Positions 27,430 through 37,422 of a DNA stretch of 60,700 nucleotides are shown here, piece after piece; position 1 is the stretch's first letter, and each line of letters begins with the position of its first letter. The DNA comes from Clostridia bacterium (GTDB taxonomy: Bacteria; Bacillota; Clostridia; DUPQ01), in the NCBI GenBank assembly GCA_016935835.1, contig JAFGQE010000025.1, positions 1-60,700 of the forward strand, read 5' to 3'. Position numbers and translations under genes: made by a program. Under the pieces are notes generated by a model. That model made no database searches. It was not told the origin of the DNA and saw only the letters and a list, made by a program, of their open reading frames with translations.

Positions 27430-29079
27430 ATGAAGAAACATTATATTGAAATCGTAAGGGCCTGCGACGAAGCGGCCGATAGATACATGGCCATGACGGG
27501 AACCGACCTATTGGGTTTCGGATACGGGGCCATAATAACCGGAGAGGATGGCTTTGCCGTTCCGGGGGCAAGCATTGGCTGCGTGCTTACATATGCATCC
27601 GCCTATTGCAATCCTGATTCAAGGCATTATAAAAAGGAGGGACTGCTTGCGGCGATGGACGCGGCGCTTGACTATACCGCCCGTATTCAGAGGCCGGACG
27701 GAACCTTCGACCTGCTGATATCGAACTTTCTCTCGGCGCCGGACACCGGATTCATAATGCACGGCATGGCAAGGGCTTACAGGATCATGGACAGCTGCTC
27801 GGAGCTTGCGGGAGAGAAGTGGGTAAGGGACAAGCTGTATGAAATAATAGAAAAAGCATCCATCGGCCTTCGCGACGGGGGCTTTCATACCCCGAACCAC
27901 AGATGGGTCGAGGCGGCCGGCCTTGCAATGGCTTACAACATAACGGGCGATGCCTCATTGAAGGACATGGCGATGAGATATCTCGCCGAGGGAATAGACA
28001 TCGATGAAAACGGTGAATTCACCGAAAGATCCCCGGGAATCTACAATGCGGTCAACGACAATGCCCTGATCATTCTGTCAAGGGAACTAAACCTGCCCGA
28101 ACTGGCGCAGCATGCGGCCCGCAACCTTGAGATGATGTTTACGTACATTGAGCCGGACGGATCTGTGTTCACGCAGAATTCAGTCAGGGTTGACAAGGGG
28201 GAGGGAATGCCGGGCAAATCCTTTTACCCGACTAATTACTATCCGATATACCTCGAGGCCGCATACCTGTTGAAAAACGATTCGTTCGCCGAGATGGCCG
28301 ACCGGATATTTGAAAGCGCGCTGAGGGGAGGCAAGGGGGTTCCCGGCGCATCATGGCTGTACATGACTGAGGAGGGCCTGAAGGATTATGAACCCGGCAA
28401 GGGCTCGATACCCGATGAATACGAGGTGTTCTACAGGCCATCGGGCATAGTAAGGAAAAGAAAGGGCGCCGTCGGAATGACGTTGCTCGCAAATTCTCCC
28501 AACTTCCTGTTCGTTCAGAATGGAAACCTGCGCTGCTATGCGAGGATATGCGCCTCGTTCTTTGCGGTCGCACAATTCAAGGCCGGGGAAATAACCAGGA
28601 CCGACGATGGCTACAGGATGGAATTCACCGCGTCGGGCAGATACAGGCTGCCGTTCGAGACACCCCCGTCAACCAATGCCTGGGAGGAAATGGACCACTC
28701 CGCCAGGGGAACCGTTAAGGAGCTTAACCTTGAATTTACAGTGGATATCTCGCTAGGGGACGATGGCGCCGTGATGAAGGTCAGTACATCCGGCTGCGAC
28801 AGGGTTCCGTTGAAGATTGAGTTTTGCTTTACCGGCGGATGCAGGCTGACAGGGGAAAGCTTTATGCTTGATGGTGTTCCGGGGGGAAGCGTCATAGCTT
28901 CGGGAGGCGATGTCAGGGCTGAACTGGGGCTTGACTCGCTGTCGGTCGGACCGGCTTTCGCCGTGCACAGATATGCCTCATCGATGAGGGGCAGCGTCCC
29001 GCAGGACATGAACGGATATACGGTATATTTCACCGGATATAGCAACATCGACAAAACTATTGAAATCAAAACCCGTTAG
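27430..29079 (+). CDS. Uncharacterised cytoplasmic protein, second alpha/alpha-toroid + beta-sandwich (lyase-fold-like) candidate
   Basis: About 549 aa with no signal peptide. GGFHTPNHRWVEAAGLAMAY resembles the N-H-R box of the neighbouring protein, and the C-terminal third is beta-rich. Start chosen at MKKHYIE (27430). A GTG at 27382 would add a Lys/Arg-rich extension. Confidence 0.45.
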   Translation: MKKHYIEIVRACDEAADRYMAMTGTDLLGFGYGAIITGEDGFAVPGASIGCVLTYASAYCNPDSRHYKKEGLLAAMDAALDYTARIQRPDGTFDLLISNFLSAPDTGFIMHGMARAYRIMDSCSELAGEKWVRDKLYEIIEKASIGLRDGGFHTPNHRWVEAAGLAMAYNITGDASLKDMAMRYLAEGIDIDENGEFTERSPGIYNAVNDNALIILSRELNLPELAQHAARNLEMMFTYIEPDGSVFTQNSVRVDKGEGMPGKSFYPTNYYPIYLEAAYLLKNDSFAEMADRIFESALRGGKGVPGASWLYMTEEGLKDYEPGKGSIPDEYEVFYRPSGIVRKRKGAVGMTLLANSPNFLFVQNGNLRCYARICASFFAVAQFKAGEITRTDDGYRMEFTASGRYRLPFETPPSTNAWEEMDHSARGTVKELNLEFTVDISLGDDGAVMKVSTSGCDRVPLKIEFCFTGGCRLTGESFMLDGVPGGSVIASGGDVRAELGLDSLSVGPAFAVHRYASSMRGSVPQDMNGYTVYFTGYSNIDKTIEIKTR

Positions 29080-29088
29080 GGAGGGCAT

Positions 29089-30240
29089 ATGAAAGAGAAA
29101 AAAGACAGGTTCCCGGAGGATATAATCATCCACTGCGGGGAAAACTCGTGCGATTATCTGGGCTCGGTCAGTGTGCCGATCTACCAGTCTTCGCTGTTTT
29201 CAAGAAAAAGGGGCGACACGGGATACAATTACACGAGGATCAACAATCCTACGACGGAGGCAGTCGAGAAAAAACTGGCCGAGCTTGAAAAGGCGGAAGG
29301 CGCATTGCTTTTCTCATCGGGGATGGCGGCTATTTCGGCGGCCATAATGAGATATATAAAAACAGGTTCCAGAATAGTGACTGTAAAGAATGTATATATG
29401 CCGATGGAAGGATTCTTTACGAAATACCTGAAGGATAAATTCGGGGTGGAGACGGCTTTCTTCGAAGCCGGGGATTATGATGATTTTCTTTCGGCCATGG
29501 AAGGAGGGGCGGATATAGTATATCTGGAAACGATTGTTTCCAATGTCTTTTCCATCCCTGATATAGAAAGAATCTGCACATATGCCAGGGAGAGGGGGGC
29601 CAGGACAATTGTAGACAACACCTATGCGACGCCGATATTCTGCAATCCCCTGAGCCTTGGGGCTGACATCGTGGTGCACTCCTGCAGCAAGTACATCAAC
29701 GGGCACAGCGACCTTGTGGCCGGAGTCCTGATGTCCGACGCGGAAACCATTGCCGAGACAAGGCATTGGGAAAGGGCGGTTCTGGGAGCGGTCATGGATC
29801 CACACCAGTCCTGGCTGCTTCTGAGGGGGATGAGGACGCTTACGCTTCGCATGAAACAGCATATGGAAAACGGAATAAGGCTGGCGGAATTCCTGCAAAG
29901 CCATCCGAAGATAGAAAGAGTGCTTTATCCTGCGCTGCCTGGTCATCCCCAGCATGAGCTGGCAAGGAAAATGCTCAGCGGGTTCCCGGGGCTTTTCAGC
30001 TTCGTGCCCGCCGGGGGCATTGAAAAGGCCAGGAAGCTGTTCTACTCGCTTAACGAACCTGAGATAGGACCGAGCTGGGGAGGTTTTGAGACCATTGTCA
30101 ACGGACCGGGGCTGGGGCTTTCAATGGAGGAATCAAAAAGGACGGGGATTCCGCAGGGTTTGATCAGGATATCAGTGGGCCTGGAAAACATCGAAACGAT
30201 AATTGACGACTTCCAAACGGCGCTCGATGCCCTTGGCTGA
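29089..30240 (+). CDS. Cys/Met-metabolism PLP-dependent enzyme (cystathionine beta-lyase / gamma-synthase family)
   Basis: The SVPIYQSSLF and NPTTEAVEKKLAELE blocks, and the PLP-lysine motif HSCSKYINGHSD, are characteristic of the trans-sulfuration enzyme family. Confidence 0.85.
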   Translation: MKEKKDRFPEDIIIHCGENSCDYLGSVSVPIYQSSLFSRKRGDTGYNYTRINNPTTEAVEKKLAELEKAEGALLFSSGMAAISAAIMRYIKTGSRIVTVKNVYMPMEGFFTKYLKDKFGVETAFFEAGDYDDFLSAMEGGADIVYLETIVSNVFSIPDIERICTYARERGARTIVDNTYATPIFCNPLSLGADIVVHSCSKYINGHSDLVAGVLMSDAETIAETRHWERAVLGAVMDPHQSWLLLRGMRTLTLRMKQHMENGIRLAEFLQSHPKIERVLYPALPGHPQHELARKMLSGFPGLFSFVPAGGIEKARKLFYSLNEPEIGPSWGGFETIVNGPGLGLSMEESKRTGIPQGLIRISVGLENIETIIDDFQTALDALG

Positions 30241-30299
30241 CATGCGGGTGGACACGCATAGCTGCAAATTGATATAATGGGAAAAGAACACAAGGGGGG

Positions 30300-31304
30300 A
30301 TGAATATGGAAATGTTGAATAAGCTGACCCAGGCATTCGGAGTCAGCGGCCGCGAAGCCGAAATAGACAGGGTCATCATGGACTGCGTCAGGGAATATGC
30401 GGACGAGGTGACGACCGATGGAATTGATAATATAATAGTATATAAAAAAGGAAGCGGCAAAAACAAAAAGAAAATCATGATTTCGGCCCACAAGGACGAG
30501 ATCGGGTTCATGGTGATGTCAATCGACAAGGACGGGTACCTCAAGGTCAGGAACGTGGGTGGCATCAACGTGGCTGTCTCTGTTTCCAACAAGATAATGT
30601 TCAGGAACGGCACCATAGGCATAGTAGGGTATGCCCCGGGCCTTGGGGAAGTGAAGGGGGATGTGCTTGACATGTACGTGGACATCGGCGCAACATCAAA
30701 GGAAGACGCCGAGAAGAAGGTCATGCCCGGGGATGTGGCATGCTACATGGGGGAACTGACAAAACTACAGAACGGCAGGCTGGCGTCAAAGGCGATGGAC
30801 GACAGGATAGGGTGCTATATAGCAATACAGGCCTTGATGAAAACCGAGGATCCATACAATGATATGTATTATGTATTCTCATCGCAGGAGGAGCTCGGCC
30901 TCAAGGGTGCGACAGTTGCTTCGCGCAGCGTCAGGCCGGACATAGGCATAGCCGTTGATATAACCGGGTCGTTCGATACCCCGGATTCAAAGAACGGAAA
31001 CATGAAGCTAGGCGGAGGAGCAGCAATCAAGGTTATGGACAGGTCTGTGATCTGCGATGAGACGGTGGTAGGTGCAATGGTGGATATCTGCAAAGAAAAG
31101 GGGATAAAATATCAGATGGACATCCTCGCGTCGGGAGGAACAGATGCCGGGGCCATGAATACATCGAATTTCGGGGTCAGGGCGGGCGGTGTGTCGATAC
31201 CCACAAGAAACGGGCACAGTCCCGTGGGAATGGTCGACATGGCTGATGTCGGGGCTTGCATTGAGCTTCTGGCTGGTTTTGCCCAGGCCGGGATAAATGT
31301 CTGA
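30300..31304 (+). CDS. M42-family metallo-aminopeptidase (FrvX/CelM-like)
   Basis: LNKLTQAFGVSGREAEI..., ISAHKDEIGFMV..., KAMDDRIGC..., FSSQEELGLKGA... are typical M42 motifs. Confidence 0.85.
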   Translation: MNMEMLNKLTQAFGVSGREAEIDRVIMDCVREYADEVTTDGIDNIIVYKKGSGKNKKKIMISAHKDEIGFMVMSIDKDGYLKVRNVGGINVAVSVSNKIMFRNGTIGIVGYAPGLGEVKGDVLDMYVDIGATSKEDAEKKVMPGDVACYMGELTKLQNGRLASKAMDDRIGCYIAIQALMKTEDPYNDMYYVFSSQEELGLKGATVASRSVRPDIGIAVDITGSFDTPDSKNGNMKLGGGAAIKVMDRSVICDETVVGAMVDICKEKGIKYQMDILASGGTDAGAMNTSNFGVRAGGVSIPTRNGHSPVGMVDMADVGACIELLAGFAQAGINV

Positions 31305-31475
31305 AACACTGAAATTTTCCAATTCCGCAGCGATTTGGGATGGAATATATTCGTTTATTTCAATACATTCGGCAGTGATTGGAAATCCGGGGATGCAATG
31401 GCGCGGGAGACTGAAGCCAAGGTTAAGAAAACACAAGAAATGTAAAATTAACCATATACTATTAAAAACGCGCTG

Positions 31476-31484
31476 TGATATAAT
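31476..31484 (+). promoter_or_regulatory. Extended -10 element TGATATAAT upstream of the ABC importer operon
   Basis: tgatataat at 31476-31484, about 60 nt upstream of ATG 31544. Confidence 0.4.
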
Positions 31485-31543
31485 TTTAGTTGGTTTTAAC
31501 AGTCCTTTCTAATTGGGGATAATAACGTAAGGTTGGTGATAAG

Positions 31544-32479
31544 ATGGATTCTGCCGCGACAACTGTATCTTATAAACGGAATGAGAAGAAAATCTTTAAC
31601 AAAACCAACGTGATGCTGTATCTGATGATACTGCCTCCGTTGATTTTGTATTATATTTTCCACTACATTCCGATGCCCGGCATAATGCTGGCATTTCAAA
31701 GGTACACAATCTCCGGATTCAAGTACTGGTCCGGTTTTGAAAATTTCACGTATATTTTCAACACGCCCTTTTTCTGGCGTGCTTTCAGAAACAACTGGGT
31801 GTTCGTAGCCTTCAGTTATGCATTCATAACCCCGGCTCCGATTCTGTTTGCACTTATGCTTAACGAAATCCGTGTCCGATGGTATAAAAAAACCGTGCAG
31901 ACAATAAGCACACTTCCCAACTTCGTAACATGGGTTGTCATCGCCGGTATATTCATGCAGCTCCTGTCGCCCACAAGGGGATATGTTAACTATATAATCG
32001 AGTTCTTCGGGGGCCAGTCGATCTACTTCCTTTCAAAACCCGCCCTCTTCCCATGGCTCTTTACATTCATGAGGATATGGAAAGGCGTGGGGTACAGCTC
32101 CATAATCTATCTGGCGGCTCTCGCGGGGGTTGACCCGCAGCTTTATGAAGCCGCGGTAATAGACGGCGCCGGAAGGCTGAGGCAGACATGGCATGTAACG
32201 CTTCCGGGAATAAGGAACACCATAGTGGTGCTTATAGTTCTTTCTTTCTCACATGTCCTCAGCGGATTGTTCGAGCCTATATTCGTTCTTAAAAACGACT
32301 TCATAGAAAGCTCGGCGGAAATCCTTGACACGTACATATTCAATCTAGGTATCACGCGCGGTAAGTATTATCTCGCCACTACAATCGGATTGTTTAAGTC
32401 TACAATATCCATGGTTCTGTTGTTCTTCGCGAACTGGCTCAGCAAAAGGGTCACCGAAGACGGCAGAAGCATACTGTAA
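31544..32479 (+). CDS. Carbohydrate ABC transporter permease, LplB-like
   Basis: Six-TM MalF/LplB-type permease with the EAA loop LYEAAVIDGAGRLRQTWHVTLPGIRN. Confidence 0.88.
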   Translation: MDSAATTVSYKRNEKKIFNKTNVMLYLMILPPLILYYIFHYIPMPGIMLAFQRYTISGFKYWSGFENFTYIFNTPFFWRAFRNNWVFVAFSYAFITPAPILFALMLNEIRVRWYKKTVQTISTLPNFVTWVVIAGIFMQLLSPTRGYVNYIIEFFGGQSIYFLSKPALFPWLFTFMRIWKGVGYSSIIYLAALAGVDPQLYEAAVIDGAGRLRQTWHVTLPGIRNTIVVLIVLSFSHVLSGLFEPIFVLKNDFIESSAEILDTYIFNLGITRGKYYLATTIGLFKSTISMVLLFFANWLSKRVTEDGRSIL

Positions 32480-32493
32480 AGGTGGTGGAGTAA

Positions 32494-33387
32494 ATGCAAA
32501 GATCTATAGCGGAAAAAGTTTTCAATGTTTTCAATATAATAGGGTTCTTCCTGTTTACCCTGCTGATGCTGATACCGATAATGTTTGTTGTCAAGACATC
32601 GCTTGACATATCCCAGGTCGGGGAAGTTCAGCTGAACTTATTGCCAAAGGAACCGTCGCTTCTGTTCTACGACATGGTCATCCATGACGAGTCGGTGTAC
32701 AGGCCGTTCCTGAACTCAATCATCATAACCGTTCTGGGAACATCGTTATCGATGCTGATCAACTCCATCGGAGCATATACGCTGTCCAAGAGGGAGCTTC
32801 CGGGCAACAGGTTCTTCATATACTTCCTCGTAATCATACCGATGCTCTTCGGCGGCGGAATCGTGCCCACATACCTGCTGGTCAGGGCCCTCGGCCTGAT
32901 AGATCATCTGCCGGTTCTTTTCATACCGAGTGCGGCCAACGCCTGGAACATGATACTCATCAGGAACTACTACTGGTCGATACCAACTTCACTTGCCGAG
33001 TCCGCAAGGATAGACGGAGCCCAGGAATTCACTGTTTTCTTCAAGATCATACTGCCATTGGCGAAACCGGTTCTGGCTGCAATAGCCCTGTTCACAGGGG
33101 TCGGATACTGGAATACCTTTATGGCGGCGGTATTGTACATCAGGGATTCGCGCAAATATACATTCCCGGTCAAGCTGAGGGAACTTATCATCCTCGGCGG
33201 GGATGCAAACAAGAGCTTTGAGGAAATGCTTATGTCTATGGGAATGGATCCGAACGAGTACTTCCTCAGCGTTGAGGGACTGTCGTCCGCAATGATGATT
33301 GTCTCGATGATACCTATAATATTGGTGTATCCTTATTTGCAGAAATATTTTGCAAAAGGAATCATGGTAGGATCCATCAAGGGATAG
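32494..33387 (+). CDS. Carbohydrate ABC transporter permease, LplC-like
   Basis: EAA loop LAESARIDGAQEFTVFFKIILPLAKP and six hydrophobic segments. Confidence 0.88.
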   Translation: MQRSIAEKVFNVFNIIGFFLFTLLMLIPIMFVVKTSLDISQVGEVQLNLLPKEPSLLFYDMVIHDESVYRPFLNSIIITVLGTSLSMLINSIGAYTLSKRELPGNRFFIYFLVIIPMLFGGGIVPTYLLVRALGLIDHLPVLFIPSAANAWNMILIRNYYWSIPTSLAESARIDGAQEFTVFFKIILPLAKPVLAAIALFTGVGYWNTFMAAVLYIRDSRKYTFPVKLRELIILGGDANKSFEEMLMSMGMDPNEYFLSVEGLSSAMMIVSMIPIILVYPYLQKYFAKGIMVGSIKG

Positions 33388-33484
33388 TTCAAGGGCAAAT
33401 GCTGTATTGCGTTTGACCGATAATATGATTTGACGCCCCCGTGCGAACGGAGGCTGATAATAAAAAAATATGGAGGGAAAAGAA

Positions 33485-35203
33485 ATGAAAAAAACTAAAG
33501 TACTGTGCTTGATCCTCAGTCTTGTATTTGTTTTTTCAGTAATGCTGACCGCATGCGGCGGCTCTGAAACAACACCTACACCGACTCCGGCAACAAGCGC
33601 AACGCCCACGCCGGCGGTATCGGCTACTCCGACTCCCGAACCGGAGCCTGAAGTTCTTGCTGATCCTGACAGAGTCCATCTCGTTGAATGTCAGTTCTAC
33701 GGCGACTCAATGGAAAATCTCAGCTACAAGGAATCATGGCCGAAAATAGTTGAAGATCATTATGGTGTAAAAATCACAATGACCAACCCGGCAAGGAACA
33801 ACTACATGGAAGTCATCCAGCTTTCGGCTATGTCAGGCGACCTGACAGGATTGGTTGAATTGTTCGGCGGCCCGTACCTGATGGAATGGAAAGCTGAAGA
33901 TCTGATCTATCCGCTGTCCGATTTCCTCGCAGACAACGAAGTATGGAACACAATAATTCCCGAATCGTGGAAGGAAGTTTACACGATTGACGGCGATGTC
34001 TGGGCGGTGCCAACAGGCGACGACGGACTGCCCACATGGTTCACAAGGTCAATGAGGGGCGACTGGCTCGACAAGTTCGGCCTCTCGAAACCCTACACCA
34101 TCGACGAGTTCTATGAAGCTTCCTACAAGTTCACCTACAATGATCCCGATGGCAACGGCATTGCCGACACAACCGGATTCACAACATCAGGAACCTGGAA
34201 CATGCAGGACATTTTCCAGGCGTTCGACGCAAGGCTCAACCACATAGCCGACCCGAAACCCATCTGGAACCCCAATACGGACATTTGGGAAGACTCGATG
34301 ATCAAACCGGAAATGGCTGACGCCCTCGCATTCCTGAAGAAATGCTACAGTGAAGAAGTCCTCGACCCTGAATGCTTTGCCGGAATCGGCGGATCGGGCA
34401 TGAGGGAAAGAGTTTCGTCCGGTCTGTACGGCGGAACATTCTACTGGGATGGATGGGTACTCTCATTCGAAAACAATGTTAAGAAAGTTGTTCCTGATGC
34501 ATACATGGTATGCGTAGGCGCACTCTCTGGAACAATCACAGAAAACCTCAACCACTATGGCGTTGGAATCGGAGCCCCCAGGGTCATGATGAAAACCACG
34601 GAACAGCCGAAGGAAGTCATCAACTGGGTAGTTACCAATTTCTTCGGCGACGACTGGGGATTCTGGACAGGAAGACTGGGCCCCGTTGGTATGGTTAGAG
34701 GCGAGGCTGACAAGGCTTGCACAATCGAAGGCAATACAATAGTAAGGAATACATACATCAACGAAGCAGGCAACATCGCTACATATCCCGGCCCGGGCTT
34801 CATCGGCGGACTGCCGGCAAAAGCTCTCTACACCGTATATGAAGTGGCTTACTACGTTCCCGCTCCTCCTGCAGGTCAGGAAGACTGGGCGGAAAGAACA
34901 GCCGCTACGGCAATAGCCAACACAAAGAGAAGGAAAGAATGGATCGACGAGTATGTTGCAAACGGAATGGCATATCAGCTTCCTGAAAACCTGAAGGAAT
35001 CAACTTCACCGAAGTATCTTGAAATCGGCGGAGACATCTCCACAGCAGGTACAACAGCAATAGCTGCAGCCGTATCGGGCAACCTCAGCATCGAAGACGC
35101 ACTTGCAGAATACAAGGCAATTGCGAAATCAATCGGCGTAAAAGAAATTCTTGACTTCGAAAACGAAAAGCTCGGAAAAACAACAGAACAGAGCTACGAC
35201 TAA
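33485..35203 (+). CDS. Extracellular solute-binding lipoprotein, LplA-like (large family-1 SBP)
   Basis: Signal peptide MKKTKVLCLILSLVFVFSVMLTAC with lipobox LTAC, followed by a Thr/Pro-rich linker (TTPTPTPATSATPTPAVSATPTPEPEPE). The size (about 570 aa) and context are typical of LplA-type SBPs. Confidence 0.85.
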   Translation: MKKTKVLCLILSLVFVFSVMLTACGGSETTPTPTPATSATPTPAVSATPTPEPEPEVLADPDRVHLVECQFYGDSMENLSYKESWPKIVEDHYGVKITMTNPARNNYMEVIQLSAMSGDLTGLVELFGGPYLMEWKAEDLIYPLSDFLADNEVWNTIIPESWKEVYTIDGDVWAVPTGDDGLPTWFTRSMRGDWLDKFGLSKPYTIDEFYEASYKFTYNDPDGNGIADTTGFTTSGTWNMQDIFQAFDARLNHIADPKPIWNPNTDIWEDSMIKPEMADALAFLKKCYSEEVLDPECFAGIGGSGMRERVSSGLYGGTFYWDGWVLSFENNVKKVVPDAYMVCVGALSGTITENLNHYGVGIGAPRVMMKTTEQPKEVINWVVTNFFGDDWGFWTGRLGPVGMVRGEADKACTIEGNTIVRNTYINEAGNIATYPGPGFIGGLPAKALYTVYEVAYYVPAPPAGQEDWAERTAATAIANTKRRKEWIDEYVANGMAYQLPENLKESTSPKYLEIGGDISTAGTTAIAAAVSGNLSIEDALAEYKAIAKSIGVKEILDFENEKLGKTTEQSYD

Positions 35204-35220
35204 TCTAGAGTTACTTATTA

Positions 35221-35252
35221 AAGGGGAGTTGCGAAAGCAACCCCCTTTTTTT
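35221..35252 (+). terminator. Rho-independent terminator after the SBP gene
   Basis: aaggggagttgc / gaaa / gcaacccccttttttt. Confidence 0.8.
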
Positions 35253-35259
35253 ATTTAAA

Positions 35260-35287
35260 TTGATGCAGTATCTTTGTTTGATATAAT
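35260..35287 (+). promoter_or_regulatory. Putative promoter TTGATG-16 nt-(TG)A-TATAAT for the 698-aa gene
   Basis: ttgatg at 35260-35265 and tgatataat at 35279-35287, about 30 nt upstream of ATG 35316. Confidence 0.55.
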
Positions 35288-35315
35288 GAATTCATTGAAC
35301 GGGGGTGATGAATCA

Positions 35316-37370
35316 ATGAAATTGGTTTCCATGAGGAGCAGGCATGCCTTGTTTGAATTTGATGCAAGCACGGGGTTTGTTTCAGGAATAAGCCTGCCTG
35401 TAAACGGAAAAATCAAGAACCTGTTGACCGGCGATATATCCGTGTGTGATATTACGGGTTTGGTTGCTTATGATTGCAAGATAACCGGACAGGATGATAA
35501 TATCCTTGAACTTTCGGTTGCCCATGAAACGGAATGTTTTAGGGTGGAATCACGGTATTCGCTGCATAAAAAAGGATATATAGTATGTTCCATCAATATT
35601 GAGGCCTTAAAAGACACAAAACCCAATCAAGACATGCTTTTCGGGCTGAAGCTCTCAAAGGATATGGTTTTCAAACATTCATATAGAATAAGGAATGATG
35701 CCAACGATATGACTTTCAGGCGCAACAGGGCTTTTTCAGTTGATTTCTCAATTGACGGCAGACCCGTGTCCCACTGCATTGATTTCATGATTGAAAACAC
35801 GAAAGGCGGGGAGAAAGTGCATATTGAGTCGGATGACGGAGTATTCCTTGGGTGGAGGATTGATGGCAGGGAATTATCCGGCAAAGGGAACATCTACAAA
35901 AACAAATGGTGCGTTTCCATTTCAGGAATCACAGGCCTTCCGTCACCTGTAAGAGGACAGAGAATATATCATTGGTATGGAATGTATCCCCGTTATCCAT
36001 CCTGCGATATGCTTGATGAAATGGCTGAATACGGATGTTCGGTCCTTATACTTCATATGCCGGTCTTCCGCTATATAGATGGCTCGGTCCCGTATGATGA
36101 AAAAAAGTTTGTTCAAACAATTGAGAAGGCGCATTCACTTCAAATGAAGGTCTTGTTCTACTGCCAGCCTTTACTGATTTCAAAGGCATCCGGCAAGTAC
36201 GATGAACTTCGTCATTGTATAAACAGTGACGGACATTCAAGATGGAATTCAATGAAGGATACACAGGTAATTTTCTACGGGCAGAACACAGACTATGACT
36301 GCGATGAGCTTTGCCTCAGATGCAGCGAGGCATATGATTATGTAAAGGCAAGAATACTGGAGTGCCATTATAGATATGGTTTTGACGGGCTGTATGTGGA
36401 TTTTGCATGGCCCGGGCAGGGAATATGCGGCGACATATCACACGGGCACGAACCCGGGCTCTTCAATTTCCATGATTATCTGAGGATTATCCGGGAACTC
36501 AGGAATGAAATAGGAGATGGCTCCCTGATGATAGGACACGGTGGAAGCATCATGACGGGAAGCGACTTCATAGAGGGATTCGACGGATGCCTTACCGGGG
36601 AAGGACAGGGCGACATCAGGCCTGATGTCATAGGCGTACAGTATGGATGCGCACCCATGCTTTGGACGATGCACAGAAGAAAGGAACGAACCTTCAGGTC
36701 GAAGGAAGCAATGAGCGGCCTGATACGCGAGGGAATCACCCCCCATATCGGGCTTGGCATAATGGGCAAGTCCATAATGGCATCCATGGACCCGGGGCAT
36801 ACTCCCCATTTCATAGCGCTCTGGCAGATGTGGAGGGCATTTCCAGTGGAAAAGGCAATTTTCTGCAACTATCTGACTGAAAGGGCGTTCATGATTGACA
36901 ATGAAGAGATTCATGGATGCATGTATTCAGTACCGGGGGACGGCGTCCTGCTGATAATGTCCAATGGCGGGGGACCGACGGCGGAAAAAGCATTCGCCGT
37001 ATCGGTTTCCATACGGATTGATATTGATAAACTGGGCCTGGATGAAAAGCTGAGGTGCTGGAGCCTTAAGGGGAATGATTATGAAACTTTCAGGATTGAA
37101 GAGGAGGCCGATGTTTTAGACGGACTGCTGTATGTTCCCGAGATAGGAATAGACGAGTTCATGGGATTCATACTGGCAAAGAATCAGCCGCCGGAGGAAA
37201 TGAAAAGACTGCAGGAGCATCTGGAGGGAAGGTTTGACAGGATGGCGAAAATAAATGAGGAAAAGATGAAACGGCTTATTGAGGCTGATAACATGCTCCG
37301 CGAATTCAACAGGATGGAGTCCGGGACACCGGATGAAGAAGCATTCATGAAGGACAGGGTGGCGGAATAA
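35316..37370 (+). CDS. Uncharacterised protein, probable glycoside-hydrolase-like TIM-barrel core with N-terminal beta domain and charged C-terminal helical tail
   Basis: GGGGGTGA RBS before ATG 35316 and no signal peptide. The central alternating beta/alpha-like region is MLDEMAEYGCSVLILHMP..., VLFYCQP..., GFDGLYVDFAWPG..., MIGHGG. The tail PPEEMKRLQEHLEGRFDRMAKINEEKMKRLIEADNMLREF looks coiled-coil-like. No family recognised with certainty. Confidence 0.5.
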   Translation: MKLVSMRSRHALFEFDASTGFVSGISLPVNGKIKNLLTGDISVCDITGLVAYDCKITGQDDNILELSVAHETECFRVESRYSLHKKGYIVCSINIEALKDTKPNQDMLFGLKLSKDMVFKHSYRIRNDANDMTFRRNRAFSVDFSIDGRPVSHCIDFMIENTKGGEKVHIESDDGVFLGWRIDGRELSGKGNIYKNKWCVSISGITGLPSPVRGQRIYHWYGMYPRYPSCDMLDEMAEYGCSVLILHMPVFRYIDGSVPYDEKKFVQTIEKAHSLQMKVLFYCQPLLISKASGKYDELRHCINSDGHSRWNSMKDTQVIFYGQNTDYDCDELCLRCSEAYDYVKARILECHYRYGFDGLYVDFAWPGQGICGDISHGHEPGLFNFHDYLRIIRELRNEIGDGSLMIGHGGSIMTGSDFIEGFDGCLTGEGQGDIRPDVIGVQYGCAPMLWTMHRRKERTFRSKEAMSGLIREGITPHIGLGIMGKSIMASMDPGHTPHFIALWQMWRAFPVEKAIFCNYLTERAFMIDNEEIHGCMYSVPGDGVLLIMSNGGGPTAEKAFAVSVSIRIDIDKLGLDEKLRCWSLKGNDYETFRIEEEADVLDGLLYVPEIGIDEFMGFILAKNQPPEEMKRLQEHLEGRFDRMAKINEEKMKRLIEADNMLREFNRMESGTPDEEAFMKDRVAE

Positions 37371-37422
37371 CCGCATTAAAAGATCATAAAAAAATTAGAA
37401 TAAAGAATAGGGGTCAGGCAGT

